Positions 34,545 through 46,816 are shown, counted from the first letter of the stretch. The stretch is DNA of 64,000 nucleotides from Octopus sinensis (GCF_006345805.1 NC_043014.1:806001-870000), one strand, 5' to 3'. Notes: generated from the sequence alone by a model not told the origin. Numbers and translations: made by a program.

Positions 34545-37500
34545 ATGGAGGCAGTAGAGAATATTGATCTGTCTCGGCTCCAACAGCATTCGCCTCATAA
34601 AGAACTGCATCTGTCCTTGCTTGACCTGATGAAATATGTGAGTGTTGGCACCAGTGAACTATTACTTTACCTTCTAAAAGAGACTCACATCATCTTAGAA
34701 TGTCGCACCTGTTCAAACCTGTTCCGGGACGTGCCTTATCTCGTGGCGCACAAGCGAATTTATTGCAAGCAACGCCATGATAGTGCTACAGACATACAGA
34801 TTGCAAATCGCAGTCCACCCGACGACGAAGGGAAAGCTTCGGTCACTGTCAAACCAAGTATATATGAAGAACATAAAGATTTCCTGCAGCATTCTGTAGA
34901 TCTTGCCAAGAAGGTTCTACAAAGCAGCCAGGTTAATCATTGTGCACAGATGTTGCCTAACAATGGACCCACTAAAAGTCAATTTTATGATGCTGTCCAA
35001 AAACAGTTGGAAATTGCACGTGACAATCCTGAACCAACACAGTTATTTAGTTTGGAACCCATGGAAAATACGCAGGTAGCTGTCAAAGTGATTCCAAGTG
35101 ATGGAGACGAATGTTCTGAAGAACAGAAAGATGAAAATAATGACAACACCGACATCTCGAAAGAGTCTAAAATGGGGAGTAATTTATGTGAATTAAAGTC
35201 AGAACCTTGTGACAAATTAACTACATCCCCTTCTACACCCACTCCTGTTGCCTCAGAAACCAAAATTGACTCTGAATTGGATAAACCATTTTTAAAATCT
35301 GATTTAGCTGATTTTAAGAACTGTATCTGTTTAAAATGTAACCGTACATTATCTAATCAGAAAAGTTTAGGTGATCATCTGCTGACCGTGCATGCGGAGG
35401 AGCTGAAAGAAAGATCCGACAATTGTTGTTCCAATGCAAACAGCAGTTCTCAGTGTCACCCGATAAATGGTCTGAGACCTAAAGTTAACAAAAGTGACTG
35501 GTTGAAGCCTCGTGGATATTCCAGTTCTGAGAAACTGCAGAACAAATTGCCATCTACCACCAACAACAGTGCCAAAGATATATTGGATGCTAAGAAGAAA
35601 GCCCAGGCAAATTTGCTGGCTCTGAAGGAAGAACAGCTTGCATATGAAAATGAAATTTTACAGCAGAAATTAATACGAGGAATAATGCCGAAATCTTCAA
35701 GAGGTCGGAAGAAATTTCGCTGTGAGAGTTGTGGTAAAATATTCCCCAAGATTGAATCACTTCGAGACCACTTGCGTGACTGTATTGACTGGGAACATGT
35801 TAACCAGCCAGTCCGAAATGTCCGGAGCCCTCTGCCCTCTCTTAAGGAAGGCAATAACTCATTTGATTGGCCTGACATTGCTAACGACTCTGCCTACAAG
35901 GTACAACCACCTAAACTTCAGAATCGATCACAGACTAAAATTGATAATGTTCGCCCCCCTCCTCGGAATATTGCACCAAAAGTGCAGCCTGTCACACAGA
36001 TTGCAGTAACAGATAATTCCAAACTAACCAAAATAAATGGTACTTTGAACACTATAGCTAAATCTGTGATGAGCGACAGCTTGATCCTTGCCAACCCGAA
36101 ACTGGGCGAAAGTAAGGTCTTACTCTTTCCCCTGGAATCCATCAGCAACAATCCAAAGCTTAATGTGACTGTGAAGACCCAGCCGCAGACGACCCCAACT
36201 GTGCTCCTTAATCACAACCTAAATAAAATCAGTCCAACTTTAAACGTAATACCTGTAAGTATCTGTTCTGTCGACAACAACAACAGTAACAACAACAACA
36301 ACAACACACAGGTACCACTCATTGCTACAAATGGTAACAATACCAACGCATGTGGCAATTTTGAGACGAAAGACGTAGAAATTATTGCTGTTAAAAATAG
36401 TCCTAATGTTCCATACCAAGAATTAAGAACTGTTGTAACTACACAATGCTGGACGGAGAAGGTAAATTCTTGCTCGGAAGCAGCCGTATTAAACAGTGAA
36501 AGTAATGTTCCAGGTGTTGCAGGTAGACATCTCCCCAACATACAACCATGTCCTGTTAATTTAGTTGAAACAAACTGTCCAGACTCAATATGCTGCAAGT
36601 CTTGCTGTAATAATGAGGTGCAAGTCTTGGAGCATTTATCAACAGCTGCCAATAAGTGTTTGCCTGATGCTGCAAGTTGTTCAGCCGCAGACACTGAAGA
36701 TGTGATTGTCGTATCTCAAAGTTTCTCAAATAATTTTAATAACGAACAAACACCCAACTATTTAAGTCCAAACGATCATGTGACCAAGCCACCCCAGTGT
36801 GATAAAACTGCAGAAAGAAATTTTACAGTTGCTTTATCGGGTTTTGAAAACAATTCTGTGGAACAGATTTCCACTAAAGACAGGCAAACAATAAAAAAGT
36901 CATCACCTAAAAACAGTAAGTGTATTAAATGGAAACGCTACAAATGCAAGCTATGTCTGTTCTCTGCTGCAAAACGCCACATGTGCAAGTTACATGTGAG
37001 GCAGCATCACCTCTGTAAGATATTCACATTATCAGTGAAAGCCTTAAACCATTATGTTACTGACTTAAATAGATTGACCAAGAAACCAACAGGTTCACGG
37101 CAACGGCATTCACAAATTCAAAATAAATCTTTTCCATCGTTGTCCACTAAGAAATCTTCAAAATGGAAATCTCTCTCTCAGAGAAGTAAGGAGCTTAACC
37201 AATCCCACCACAGTAGTTCTGTAAGTAAGCTGTCCAAATTATCTTTAACTAAAAGCAGAGTTGATATGAAAACAATCTTGGACAGTAAAAGACGAATGTG
37301 TCTCAAATGTAATCGTACTTTTCAGATGGTGTCTCGGTTAGAAAAACATGTTTCTTGTCATCTCGGTTGGAAAGTGAATCACAGTAAACAGAACTTGGTC
37401 AACAACAACAACAAACAATTAAAGCAGAAAACGGAAGGGAATTGTAAAGAAAATGAAATAACAGAATGTATGTTTGTTGATTTGACTGGAGAACAAGGGG

Positions 37501-37730
37501 CCACAGACAGCAGACATTTACCGTCTTATGGGATTTCTACAGCTGCAGGTTCAAGTGGAACTTGTTCCAATAATCACTGGAATTCTTCTAATCCAACCAG
37601 TGTTTCTCATGGCAATCATGGTCAGTTATCAGTTCTAAACACGAGGAAAGGCTCTTACCAGAAGCCACAGGTACTTCTTGACCTTGCATCCAAAAACCTC
37701 AAAAGTAATGTGAAAAAAGTTGATTCTTAA
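34545..37730 (+). CDS. ZNF800-like: ZNF800-like multi-zinc-finger protein, large coding exon (~1061 aa from the ATG)
   Basis: Uninterrupted 3.19-kb ORF right after a strong acceptor (TTTTTTCGTTTTTCCAG, AG at 34541-34542). The N-terminal GTSELLLYLLKETHIILECRTCSNLFRDVPYLVAHKRIYC resembles the ZNF800 GT.QL.H.LLK....IFEC..CRSLFR.LPNL..HK..YC signature (recalled, not searched). Fingers start at 34701, 35328, 35721, 36945 and 37299. An upstream coding exon is possible. Confidence 0.85.
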   Translation: MEAVENIDLSRLQQHSPHKELHLSLLDLMKYVSVGTSELLLYLLKETHIILECRTCSNLFRDVPYLVAHKRIYCKQRHDSATDIQIANRSPPDDEGKASVTVKPSIYEEHKDFLQHSVDLAKKVLQSSQVNHCAQMLPNNGPTKSQFYDAVQKQLEIARDNPEPTQLFSLEPMENTQVAVKVIPSDGDECSEEQKDENNDNTDISKESKMGSNLCELKSEPCDKLTTSPSTPTPVASETKIDSELDKPFLKSDLADFKNCICLKCNRTLSNQKSLGDHLLTVHAEELKERSDNCCSNANSSSQCHPINGLRPKVNKSDWLKPRGYSSSEKLQNKLPSTTNNSAKDILDAKKKAQANLLALKEEQLAYENEILQQKLIRGIMPKSSRGRKKFRCESCGKIFPKIESLRDHLRDCIDWEHVNQPVRNVRSPLPSLKEGNNSFDWPDIANDSAYKVQPPKLQNRSQTKIDNVRPPPRNIAPKVQPVTQIAVTDNSKLTKINGTLNTIAKSVMSDSLILANPKLGESKVLLFPLESISNNPKLNVTVKTQPQTTPTVLLNHNLNKISPTLNVIPVSICSVDNNNSNNNNNNTQVPLIATNGNNTNACGNFETKDVEIIAVKNSPNVPYQELRTVVTTQCWTEKVNSCSEAAVLNSESNVPGVAGRHLPNIQPCPVNLVETNCPDSICCKSCCNNEVQVLEHLSTAANKCLPDAASCSAADTEDVIVVSQSFSNNFNNEQTPNYLSPNDHVTKPPQCDKTAERNFTVALSGFENNSVEQISTKDRQTIKKSSPKNSKCIKWKRYKCKLCLFSAAKRHMCKLHVRQHHLCKIFTLSVKALNHYVTDLNRLTKKPTGSRQRHSQIQNKSFPSLSTKKSSKWKSLSQRSKELNQSHHSSSVSKLSKLSLTKSRVDMKTILDSKRRMCLKCNRTFQMVSRLEKHVSCHLGWKVNHSKQNLVNNNNKQLKQKTEGNCKENEITECMFVDLTGEQGATDSRHLPSYGISTAAGSSGTCSNNHWNSSNPTSVSHGNHGQLSVLNTRKGSYQKPQVLLDLASKNLKSNVKKVDS

Positions 37731-38039
37731 TTGAATTCATTAAACTTATAACAAACTGTGGTGAGATTGATGAGGAAAAGTCTACTTAATCACAATTCCG
37801 CTCTCTCTCTCCCCCCCTCTCTGGATTATTATAATCCTCCTGAGCCTTAATTGTACCATTTGTGAATAACCCGATCCCTCCTCTCGCCCTTTACACAACG
37901 TTTTACTCACATTTTATGTCTGAGTTTCTTGTGCAAATGTCTTTTATCATTGCAGATTTCTATGAATGAAGCTCATTTGTACCACTTGGCTCTCACTTCT
38001 GCACAACCTAACTTCTTCCCTTTCTACCAGCAAACCAAC

Positions 38040-38330
38040 TTATCTTCCAATCTCCACCTATTTAGATGCCTTTCTTCCCATCCATCCATCTACCTACTCT
38101 CATACCTATCTATTTATGTACCTCTCTCTCTATATATATATAGCTATATATGTACCTACATATCTATCTACCTATCTATAGACCTATCTATCTACATATC
38201 TTTGTACCTATTATCTTTCCTACCTACTACCTATCTAGTTGCCTATTTATCTACCTACCTGACTACTTACCTTTTATCCACCTGTCTGCCTACCTTTCTA
38301 TCTACCTATTACCTACCTATCTACTTATAC
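38040..38330. repeat. (CTAT)/(CCTA)n degenerate tetranucleotide repeat
   Basis: Direct reading. Confidence 0.85.
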
Positions 38331-38893
38331 ATGGCACCCACACTCAACACGTAAAATAAACGACCGTCTCTAATTGCCTTCTCGTGAATTATTTATGTAT
38401 TTCAAGACTTTCTCCAAGAGGGAAGTGACAGACACTATCTGACGGAGCCATAAACTTGGTTGAAACCATTGTAAATATATTTGAACCTGTAAATGTCGAC
38501 GCCGATCACATTGGGGAAGGTGGACTTATCCACTATCAGGTTTATGATACCCCACCCTGTTGTCTTCACCATATTTCATGCTGCAATTACTTTTCTAACA
38601 GAACACTACTTCTACAAGAACTAACCAATTCCAGAGACAAAAACCAACAACAAAAAGTAAAAACATCCATTTTAGGGTTTCTTTGAAATTTTCTAATCTT
38701 GACACCCAACATGAATTGTTCTTTGGGTCCTCAGAATACAGAACTCTTCTTTCTCTCCCCCCCCCCTCTCTCTCTCTCTCTCTCTTATGCTTCCCCTAAT
38801 TACAAATGGATGTTTTTGTTTCAATTCTGTGATCTTCATAATTGTTTACTGAAACTAAAAAAAATCACTTTGGAAGCAGAAGTCATGTGTGCC

Positions 38894-38931
<38 letters not shown>

Positions 38932-39040
38932 CCTCTGTGTGTGTGTGTGCCTGCGTGTGTATGTGTGTGTGTGTGTGTTCCTTGAAAAGTGCGTTTTCGC
39001 TCTGTTGCTGTGCAGGTTTTTGTTTTGTGCTGTTCTTCAG

Positions 39041-39110
39041 GTCATCACAAAAGTACGAAGGTTTCATCTGCACAATTGCACAAACTGAGAAATTCTCGTT
39101 AGTCACAGAG
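39041..39110 (+). other. Candidate 70-nt exon
   Basis: Acceptor TTTTGTTTTGTGCTGTTCTTCAG| and donor GAG|GTGAGT; one frame is open (SSQKYEGFICTIAQTEKFSLVTE). Confidence 0.35.
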
Positions 39111-39364
39111 GTGAGTTCTCACTGCTTTTCAAAAACTAAATAAACTCTTGTTACATACATTAAGCAGTTTCTTTTCCTGTTTGTACAACCAACACTGACC
39201 TTTGTACACACACACACACATTCCCTCTCTCTCGCTCTCTCTCTCACACACACAGAGATTAGCTTTAGACGAATGAAATGTAGTTTGGGTCATATCAGGA
39301 TGGGGTACCACTGATGCTCTCCTCCTAGTAAGACAACCAAAGAAGAAGAAATTTTTAAGGGTCA

Positions 39365-39800
39365 ATCATTATATGTAGCATTTGTTGAACCAGAGATGAC
39401 CTTTGACTGGGTATTGTGGTCTGTAATGTGAAGGTTACTAAGGAAACCTGGTGTTGATGTAAGTGATGTCCAGAGATGTTGTTAGAAGGTGAGACAAGTT
39501 CAATTTAAGGGTTCATCAGGGCTTGATTCTGGGCCCCTTATTTATTTTAGTTCTTCAGGTCAAAACAGGAGAGTTTAAAGACAGGTTCTCTGTGGGAACA
39601 CCATAAATGGATGGCCTCATAGCTGAATAGAAAAGAAACTTGTAAGTAAATCAGTGAAGACGGGATTTCTTTGCTGCCAGGAAAGCAACCATGATTGGTT
39701 GGAATTCACTTTGGTAAATACAATACAAACTATTTGGTGCACCGGATGTTAAGGGACCACAAGCACCTGGCAGGTGAGAAAGGGTTTATCAACGACAGGT
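39365..39800 (+). mobile_element. RTE LINE RT-domain fragment, decayed
   Basis: AFVEPEMTFDWVLWSVM*RLLRKPGVD (compare FVDLEKAFDRV..W.LRKLGV), VHQG....PL.F, and a YADD-like/LIAE segment. Confidence 0.65.
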
Positions 39801-40696
39801 GTGCAGGAGTTGGAATGAGGTAGACATGCTAGTTTTGTTACTTTGAATACAAATGAAGTGAGAAAAGAAAAAAATGGGTCTAGGAAGAATAAGATGTAGA
39901 GTTTAAGGCAGAAGAGGAATGGTGGAGGCAGTTGGTGTGTTTGGAGGATGGAAGTTGGATGAAGAATTATTGGGGAATCTAAATAGAACAAACTTGTGGA
40001 AGGAGACAAGACGGGAAAAGTGGTGGAGGTAGATGCTGAGGGAATAAACTCGAGGAAAGCCATGGTAAAGGATTGCAATAAATGAGGGGTCAGGTGTGCT
40101 TGAAATGATACATTCAGACATTGTAAAAATGTTACCCCCCCCCCCATAGACACATAACCAGGTAAAGAATGCAATAACTAAAATAAGCACCTGTTGTATA
40201 GGAACAGTTTTCAGTTCAGAATGTTGGTTAATGAAGAATAGAATGATAAGAAACGGTGCTGTTTGTGTCTTGGAGCAGAATCAGATGACACAAGTTCAAT
40301 ATACACTACTGATTTTTTTTTTTTAGCATTAATGTTGCCACAGTCCACCTAGGTGTACAGAGACACCCAGCCCCAGGTGGATATCATGGGGTTCACACCA
40401 TTATACGTATGTGTTATGCATTATAAATATGTATTATGCACACCTACAAGACCTAGATTTTGTTTTCCATTTTATTTGAATGCAATTCCAGCTTCTCTTT
40501 AACACAAACTGAATTCCTTGATTTACCTTTATCTTTGGTAATCACTTTTCCTCAACACACCACGCCATCTTGTTGTTGTCTCTCGGCTCCGCTTAAACTC
40601 TCGTCTCTCAATGAACCAATATTTGATCACCAAATGAATCTGCTTCATTCTCTGTTAATTCTTAATCCATCCATTTGTCTCTCTAGATTGATACAT

Positions 40697-40885
40697 CATC
40701 ATTTAACTTGTCTTTTTTTCCCCATTTTGGCAATGGCTGGATGGTTTGACTGAAACTGACCAGCTAGACGGTTCTGCCAGGTTCCAGTTATCTGTTTTGG
40801 CATGGTCTCTACATCTAGATGCCCTTCCTGATGCCAACCCCTTTACAGAGTGTACTGAGTGCTTTTTATGTGGCACCAGTACTAG
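40697..40885 (-). mobile_element. RTE 3' tail fragment
   Basis: (CAT)nTTAAC..GATGCCCTTCCTGATGCCAACCCC..GTGCTTTTTATGTGGCACC. Confidence 0.75.
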
Positions 40886-40974
40886 TGAGGTCATTAAGTA
40901 CTTGCCAAGGAAGCACCCCTCCACTCAATTGGGGTGAAGTATTGAAAAGAGGGAAGGGAACAGTTGTGTTAGAG

Positions 40975-41135
40975 TTCTAAACAAGCTGTGGCCAACTTTG
41001 CCCTTCATCTTTCTGGGGATTCGTAAAAGAAACTAGCAATCAGGTACTGGAGTGACCAGAGTCAACTGGAATTCTCCCCTTAAAATTGCTTGCCCTGGGC
41101 CTAGTGTGACTGGCGTTCAGTTTGAAACTAATGGG
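40975..41135 (+). mobile_element. SINE family B, degenerate
   Basis: CAACTTTGCCCTTCATCTTTCTGGGGA..TACTGGAG. Confidence 0.55.
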
Positions 41136-41399
41136 ATTTTGTTGGTAGAGCAAAGAGGGGGCCCTGGACACAGTAAATTCGAAGGAGCAGAAGTTGTCCA
41201 AGTTTCAGTGTGTCATGGAGTGGACACAACTTGGTGGCGTCCAGTGGTTGTGTAATGTCCTTGTGCTTGAGTGCAGTCTCCAAGGTGGGAGCTGTATTCT
41301 TATGAAGGAAATATGAAACTTTCTAACATTTTAGCAACTTTGGGAGGGAACTTACATAAGATATAAACACCTGACAGTCAATTAGATAAGATACACCTG

Positions 41400-42000
41400 C
41401 CTCCAGGTAATAAAAACCCTTTTAGCTGGTAACTAAATGTCGTCTGCTGACCATATTCTCTTGTTTCAGTAAAATTCTGCAATAATCCTGATGTGTGTGT
41501 ACACCTACTTTTCATGTGTTTATAGTTTAAGTTTTTTGTTGAAATCATTTTAAAAAATTATGGAAAATTTAGTAATGAAATTTTGATGGGGGATTTTGAT
41601 TGAAATCATTTTGAAACAGGAAACTGGTATCATAGAAGCAGGCAGGTTGGGCTCAGACAGGTTGGGTTGAAAAGGTTTACTACTCCCTACATAAAATGTT
41701 AACCATAACTTTGAATACATCTTTCTAATTAACTAAAGCTCCCTGTACCCTATGCTAACCCTGTACGTCTAGTTAACTATTTAACTAGTTCTTTAGCATT
41801 TTTCTGTTGAAATCCACTTCTTTTATTTCAATTAATTTTGGAAATAACGAAGAATTTAGTAAAATAATTTTGTTCTGAAGCTAAAAGTTTGGAACCTAAA
41901 TTTCCATTGAAGGTTTTTTTTTAGATCTCTTTAAAACAGGAAGTTTGTATTAGAAACTCCAGAAGTGGTCTCAGTTGGAATGGCACCAAAACAGAGTTAA
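41400..42000 (+). repeat. Two degenerate tandem copies of an AT-rich interspersed repeat (also at 34195-34400)
   Basis: Shared TTCTGTTGAAAT..AACGAAGAATTTA and TTTTGATG..AAACAGGAA..GTATCATAGAA segments. Confidence 0.45.
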
Positions 42001-42156
42001 AACACTTTGAAGTTTCTTGTCTTTTGGTTGTATTCCACTCCTTTTGTAAGTTTGGGTCAAAGGTCATCAAAATGGTGTCTTCAAAAGCTGAATTAATTTT
42101 ACCAGTATCCAATCATAAACACACACACACACACACACACACAAAAGCCATATTAG

Positions 42157-42199
<43 letters not shown>

Positions 42200-42280
42200 A
42201 AATATTATTTGAGACAAAACCACTATTTTGCAAAACAAACAAGGAAAGACTTAATCAATACATAAAATTTAATAAATAGT

Positions 42281-42325
<45 letters not shown>

Positions 42326-42369
42326 TACATATATACATACACCATTGTGTCTCTCTCTCTCTATATATA

Positions 42370-43235
42370 TAATGTCTGATCAATAAGTATCCAGACTGTT
42401 GCCATAGTAACGAAGCTAAAGCATACATAGTGAAGCCACCTGGCAAAGATTGACCTTGAAGTCAACTGTGCATGTGCACTAAGCTTTTACATTCTAGTTC
42501 ACTTCCGCTGTTTACAGCAGTGCTTGGAAGAAAGGTGTGTAGTGTGTAATCGTCGCAGTGACCACAACAGAAAGTTGTAATGGCAACACCTGCTCAGAGA
42601 CCTACACAAAGTTGCAGAAAGTGTATGGAAAGGAATGTAGGGGTCACACACAAGTGTACGAGTGGCTCAGACGTTTCTAAGGTGGCCGAAAAAATGTTGA
42701 TATTGACGAATGTTCTGGGAGACCCGCAACCAGCAGAACTGAGAAAAACATCACAGATGTATGTGCAACTTTGAGGGGAAATTGTCAAATCACCATCCGT
42801 GAGTTATCAGAGGATATGCAGATTAGTTACAGTCCAATTCAATCCATTATCACTGAAGATTTGGGTATGAGACATGTGTCTGCCAAATCTGTACTGAAAC
42901 TGCTTTCAGCTGACCAAAAAGACACTTGGGTTTCAGTCGCACAAGATCTCCTGATTGTGTCGAGAACAATGAAAACTTTGTGTACACCTCTGAGCAGGAA
43001 ACGCCAAGCTTTTGGCAAAATTGGATGCAGATTCTCTGCTCAGCTTTATCCATCAATGCGACAATCACACGCTACACACCTTCCTTCCAAGCACTGCTGT
43101 AAATAGTGGAAGTGAGCCAGAACGTTAAAACTCAGTGCACAGCTGAGTTCAAAGTCAATCTTTGCCAAGCTTAACTCTGCATACTTTGGCTTCATTACTA
43201 GAGCAACAGTTTGGATATTTATTGATCAGACCATG
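42370..43235 (+). mobile_element. Mariner-derived fold-back element (5' transposase fragment between two inverted left ends)
   Basis: Plus strand: TCSETYTKLQKVYGKE..VYEWLRRF*GGRKNVD..SGRP..QITIRELSED..IITEDLGMRHVSAKSVLKLL (mariner HTH and WVP.L-like linker). Right arm 42975-43235 is the reverse complement of the left end and includes the start MDKAEQRICIQFCQKLG. Confidence 0.88.
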
Positions 43236-43729
43236 TGTGTATATATATATATAATGTGTGTGTGTGTACGTACTTGGTATAATCTTCACTCCCAATGCCT
43301 TTTTCTTTTTAAATCCATTCTTTCAAATTTTCTTCAGATTTGGTACCAAACATTAGATTTGGAATTCCTTAATCTCAATATTTTGGAGAAAATTCTATTT
43401 TTGTATATATCTCCGGCATGATTTACAGGAAGAAGCCTCGGTTGTAATTGTGGTGTATGTTGGTGTCCACATCGTTGACCAGATTGTGGGTCTGTTGGTG
43501 ACCACAATTGCAATCTGTTGATAACCACACTGTCTTAATACGTTAGAAACTCTACTATGGACGACTGCTGGTTACCACACTGTGGAAATAGATTGGTAAT
43601 TCTACCATGGACGTGTGTGTGTGTGTGTGTGCGTTGTGTTTATTGTTCTCTTACAACATGGCCAGATGTTATGAGTCATCCCTGCAGGAGAGACAATAGT
43701 TGAAACATCTGGCCATTTATAAGAAAACC

Positions 43730-43793
43730 TATATATACTTGTGTATACATATATATACTTGTATCTTTATATATATATATATATACATACTTG

Positions 43794-43832
<39 letters not shown>

Positions 43833-43997
43833 TATATATATACTTGTATATATATATATATATATATATATACTTGTATATATATATATATATATTGTAT
43901 ATATATATATATACTTGATATATATATATATATACACTTGTGTGTATATATATGTATATATATATATATACTTGTATATATATAATATATATACTTG

Positions 43998-44035
<38 letters not shown>

Positions 44036-44290
44036 CTTGTATATATATATATATACACTTGTGTGTATATATATGTATATATATATATACTTGTATATAT
44101 ATATATATAATATATATATATACACTTGTGTGTATAATATATATATATACATATATATTTATGTATATATATATATGTATACTTGTGTATATATATATAC
44201 ACTTGTACATATGTGTGTGTGTGTGTATCTGTATGTGTCTGTATATTATATATATATATATGTGTGTGTATGTAAGTGTATATATATGTA
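43730..44290. repeat. (TA)n array punctuated by about 15 CTTG motifs
   Basis: Recurring (TA)n-CTTG-(TA)n and ACACTTGTGTG variants. Confidence 0.95.
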
Positions 44291-44639
44291 TATGACTAAC
44301 CATGTTGGAATATATTGCTGACCATATTGAAGCATATTGGTAACCACGCTGCAAACATATTGGCCCCTTCACATAATGAAATTGTGTGCGTTGGAGGGGA
44401 TCCAATTTTTTTTTTTTTTTAGAAAAATTAACAAAATGACATCAGAAGTGAAAACAAATAAAATAAATGAGAAAAGTTTTTTTTATTTATTTATTATTTT
44501 TGTGGAATGAAATTTTTTTTTTTGGAAATTCCTGAAGTTTGTGTAAAAAATGAAATTTGTAAGAAAATATTGATGGAGATGTCCAGATTTTTCACTGTAA
44601 CTTGTGTTGAAATAAATAATGTATCTAACAAGTTGATGT

Positions 44640-44850
44640 TGTTTTCTGCATCACTTCACGAAAGGCACACTGTGCTGCAGCCTGGCCTGTTTAAAACAAT
44701 TATGAATGAAGCTCTACAAAGGTCAGTGAGGCCGAAAATGGATCATTGTTCGCCCATGTGGGACAGTGTTGCTGTTGGTAGGGAACACGGACACATACTG
44801 GACCCTGTTGAGACAAGGACCTCCTTATCTCACCCTGGGCCTTGATCCAC
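44640..44850 (+). mobile_element. CR1/L2-like LINE fragment
   Basis: ALQRSVRPKMDHCSPMWDS resembles the LYK..VRP.LEY.S.VW motif that follows the RT. Confidence 0.45.
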
Positions 44851-46062
44851 CACAGGTTTGCTGTCTCTATTCTTGGACCCTTTTATAATGGTTTCTGCTC
44901 ATCAGAATTGGCTGGCCTCATGCCACCACCACCACCACCACCACTCAACTCCCCGTCTCATCATGCATGTTGTGTCCAACCCGTCCATGCCCCACACTAG
45001 TTACCCTTCCTTCCCTGCTCATCTCTTACAAAGCTTCAAGAGGAAAACTGATGGCGCCAATTTCAATGGTCAGAAACGGCCTGAGAACGGCTGTGGCATT
45101 GCTATTATCTCCCAGCCAAGTCAGAGATTGCAGAAATGAAAGTGTGATGTTGTGACTGTCAACACCATACTGTTGTCATAGCAACCGCACTGGGTGTATG
45201 GAGCAATAATGAGCAAGAGGTTGCTGTCATTGTTTAGCATCAAGTTTGATGTGATCCAAAGACAAGCTAATTACAATCACCTGTCATTTTTGATTTTCTG
45301 ACACAGATTATCTAGGGTTACATTACTCAATGTGTTTGTTAAGACTACAGTATGATTTGATGGGTATTTGATTGCTCTTTCTAGCAGTATGAGCAACCAT
45401 GTAGAGGCTCCATTGTTGGTTCAGTGGAAGCACTATCATTGATTGGTGTTTAATTAGTTTTCTGGATTTTCTTTATTTTTAGAAAGGTAAGGGGTGGGGG
45501 GCAGTGGATTGGCTGAACAGTCAGAGTCAAACAAAATGTTATTTTTTAAAGTTCTTCATGTTCTGAGTTCAAATCTTGCACTGGCCATCTTTGCCTTTGA
45601 TCCTTCTGGGGTGGAGGATGGGCTTAATTAGACACATTGTTTAAAGGTTACAGCCTTGTTGAAGTCATGTCTTTGAACAAAAGTACGACAGTCACATAAA
45701 TCTGTTTGTAGTATACAGCCCTGAGTATACAGCCCTGAGTCAGTCCCGGCAGATCATGCCTAAAATCTGAATCTAAACTCCTCACAGTTTTGAATATAAC
45801 CTCTTAGCTTCAGGTAAAGTCTATTGACTCTGATTTTATATTTTATCCCAAAACAACAGCATCTCAGATGGAAACATCTTCATTTATTGATTCTGTGACT
45901 GGTAATTTTTCTAAGCATTTCAGAGATTTTTCAACCCCCCCCCCAAAAAAAAAACCCAAATAAAAGGTAACATTTCTGACACTGGTACTGTATTTTATTG
46001 ACTAAATAATGGAGACTAGTTCATCTGGCCTTTAGCACAGTTTATCATTTAAGATGCTAAAC

Positions 46063-46275
46063 CAGTGCTTTTCAAACTTTTTGCTGAAGCGGAACCCCAA
46101 GGAAACGTTCCACTGGCTCGAGGAACCCCTGTGCAATAATTTGTGTTATGCACACATATCTGCACAGAATTAAAAATTACTGTCGATTTTAGCATTTTTG
46201 TAACTTCTTGCGGAACCCCTGGACTGTACTGGCGGAACCCTAAGGTTCCGTGGAACCCTGGTTGAAAAACCACTG
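46063..46275. mobile_element. hAT (Charlie-like) MITE, 213 bp, same family as 25504-25704
   Basis: TIRs CAGTGCTTTTCAA / TTGAAAAACCACTG; perfect TSD TGCTAAAC (46055-46062, 46276-46283). Confidence 0.93.
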
Positions 46276-46665
46276 TGCTAAACTATAGCAAGGAGGTGGG
46301 GGTTTGGTCGTCAGCTGTGTAAAGAAGTGTCAATCGCTCAGAGTGGATGGAATCTGTGCAAGAGGGAATCAAAGGAAGAGATGGAGTGAAGACTCATCTT
46401 CTCAGACTGAACCTTGCGGAGGACCAGAATTTGTGATGAAGGCCTTTGCAAGGGAGCAGACATGAGAAAACAAATTTCAAAGTGGTGATGGGGGTGCTAC
46501 TGTTGTGCTCCACGGCTGGCCTTCACCACCCTCTCCCCCTCTCCCTCTCTCCCATTACTTCCTCTCCTCTCTCATTATTGACTCTCCCTGCCACTCCCTC
46601 TCCACCACACAGCTCCTTGTTTCTCCTTACCAAGAACTGCCAGACAGCTGTCTATCACTCCCTCT

Positions 46666-46703
<38 letters not shown>

Positions 46704-46816
46704 CTAATTTCTGGGGTTCAGACAACAGACGACCCTACTAATGACAGATAATGGAGTCTCACTTCATTCAAAAATGAGCAGGGGCAAGTTGAAGTGACAG
46801 TAATTACTGGTATTTA

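Noticed and set aside
34985-36694. Antisense or alternative-frame ORFs overlapping the zinc-finger exon
   Set aside because: These are shadow ORFs of a long coding sequence with no recognisable motifs.
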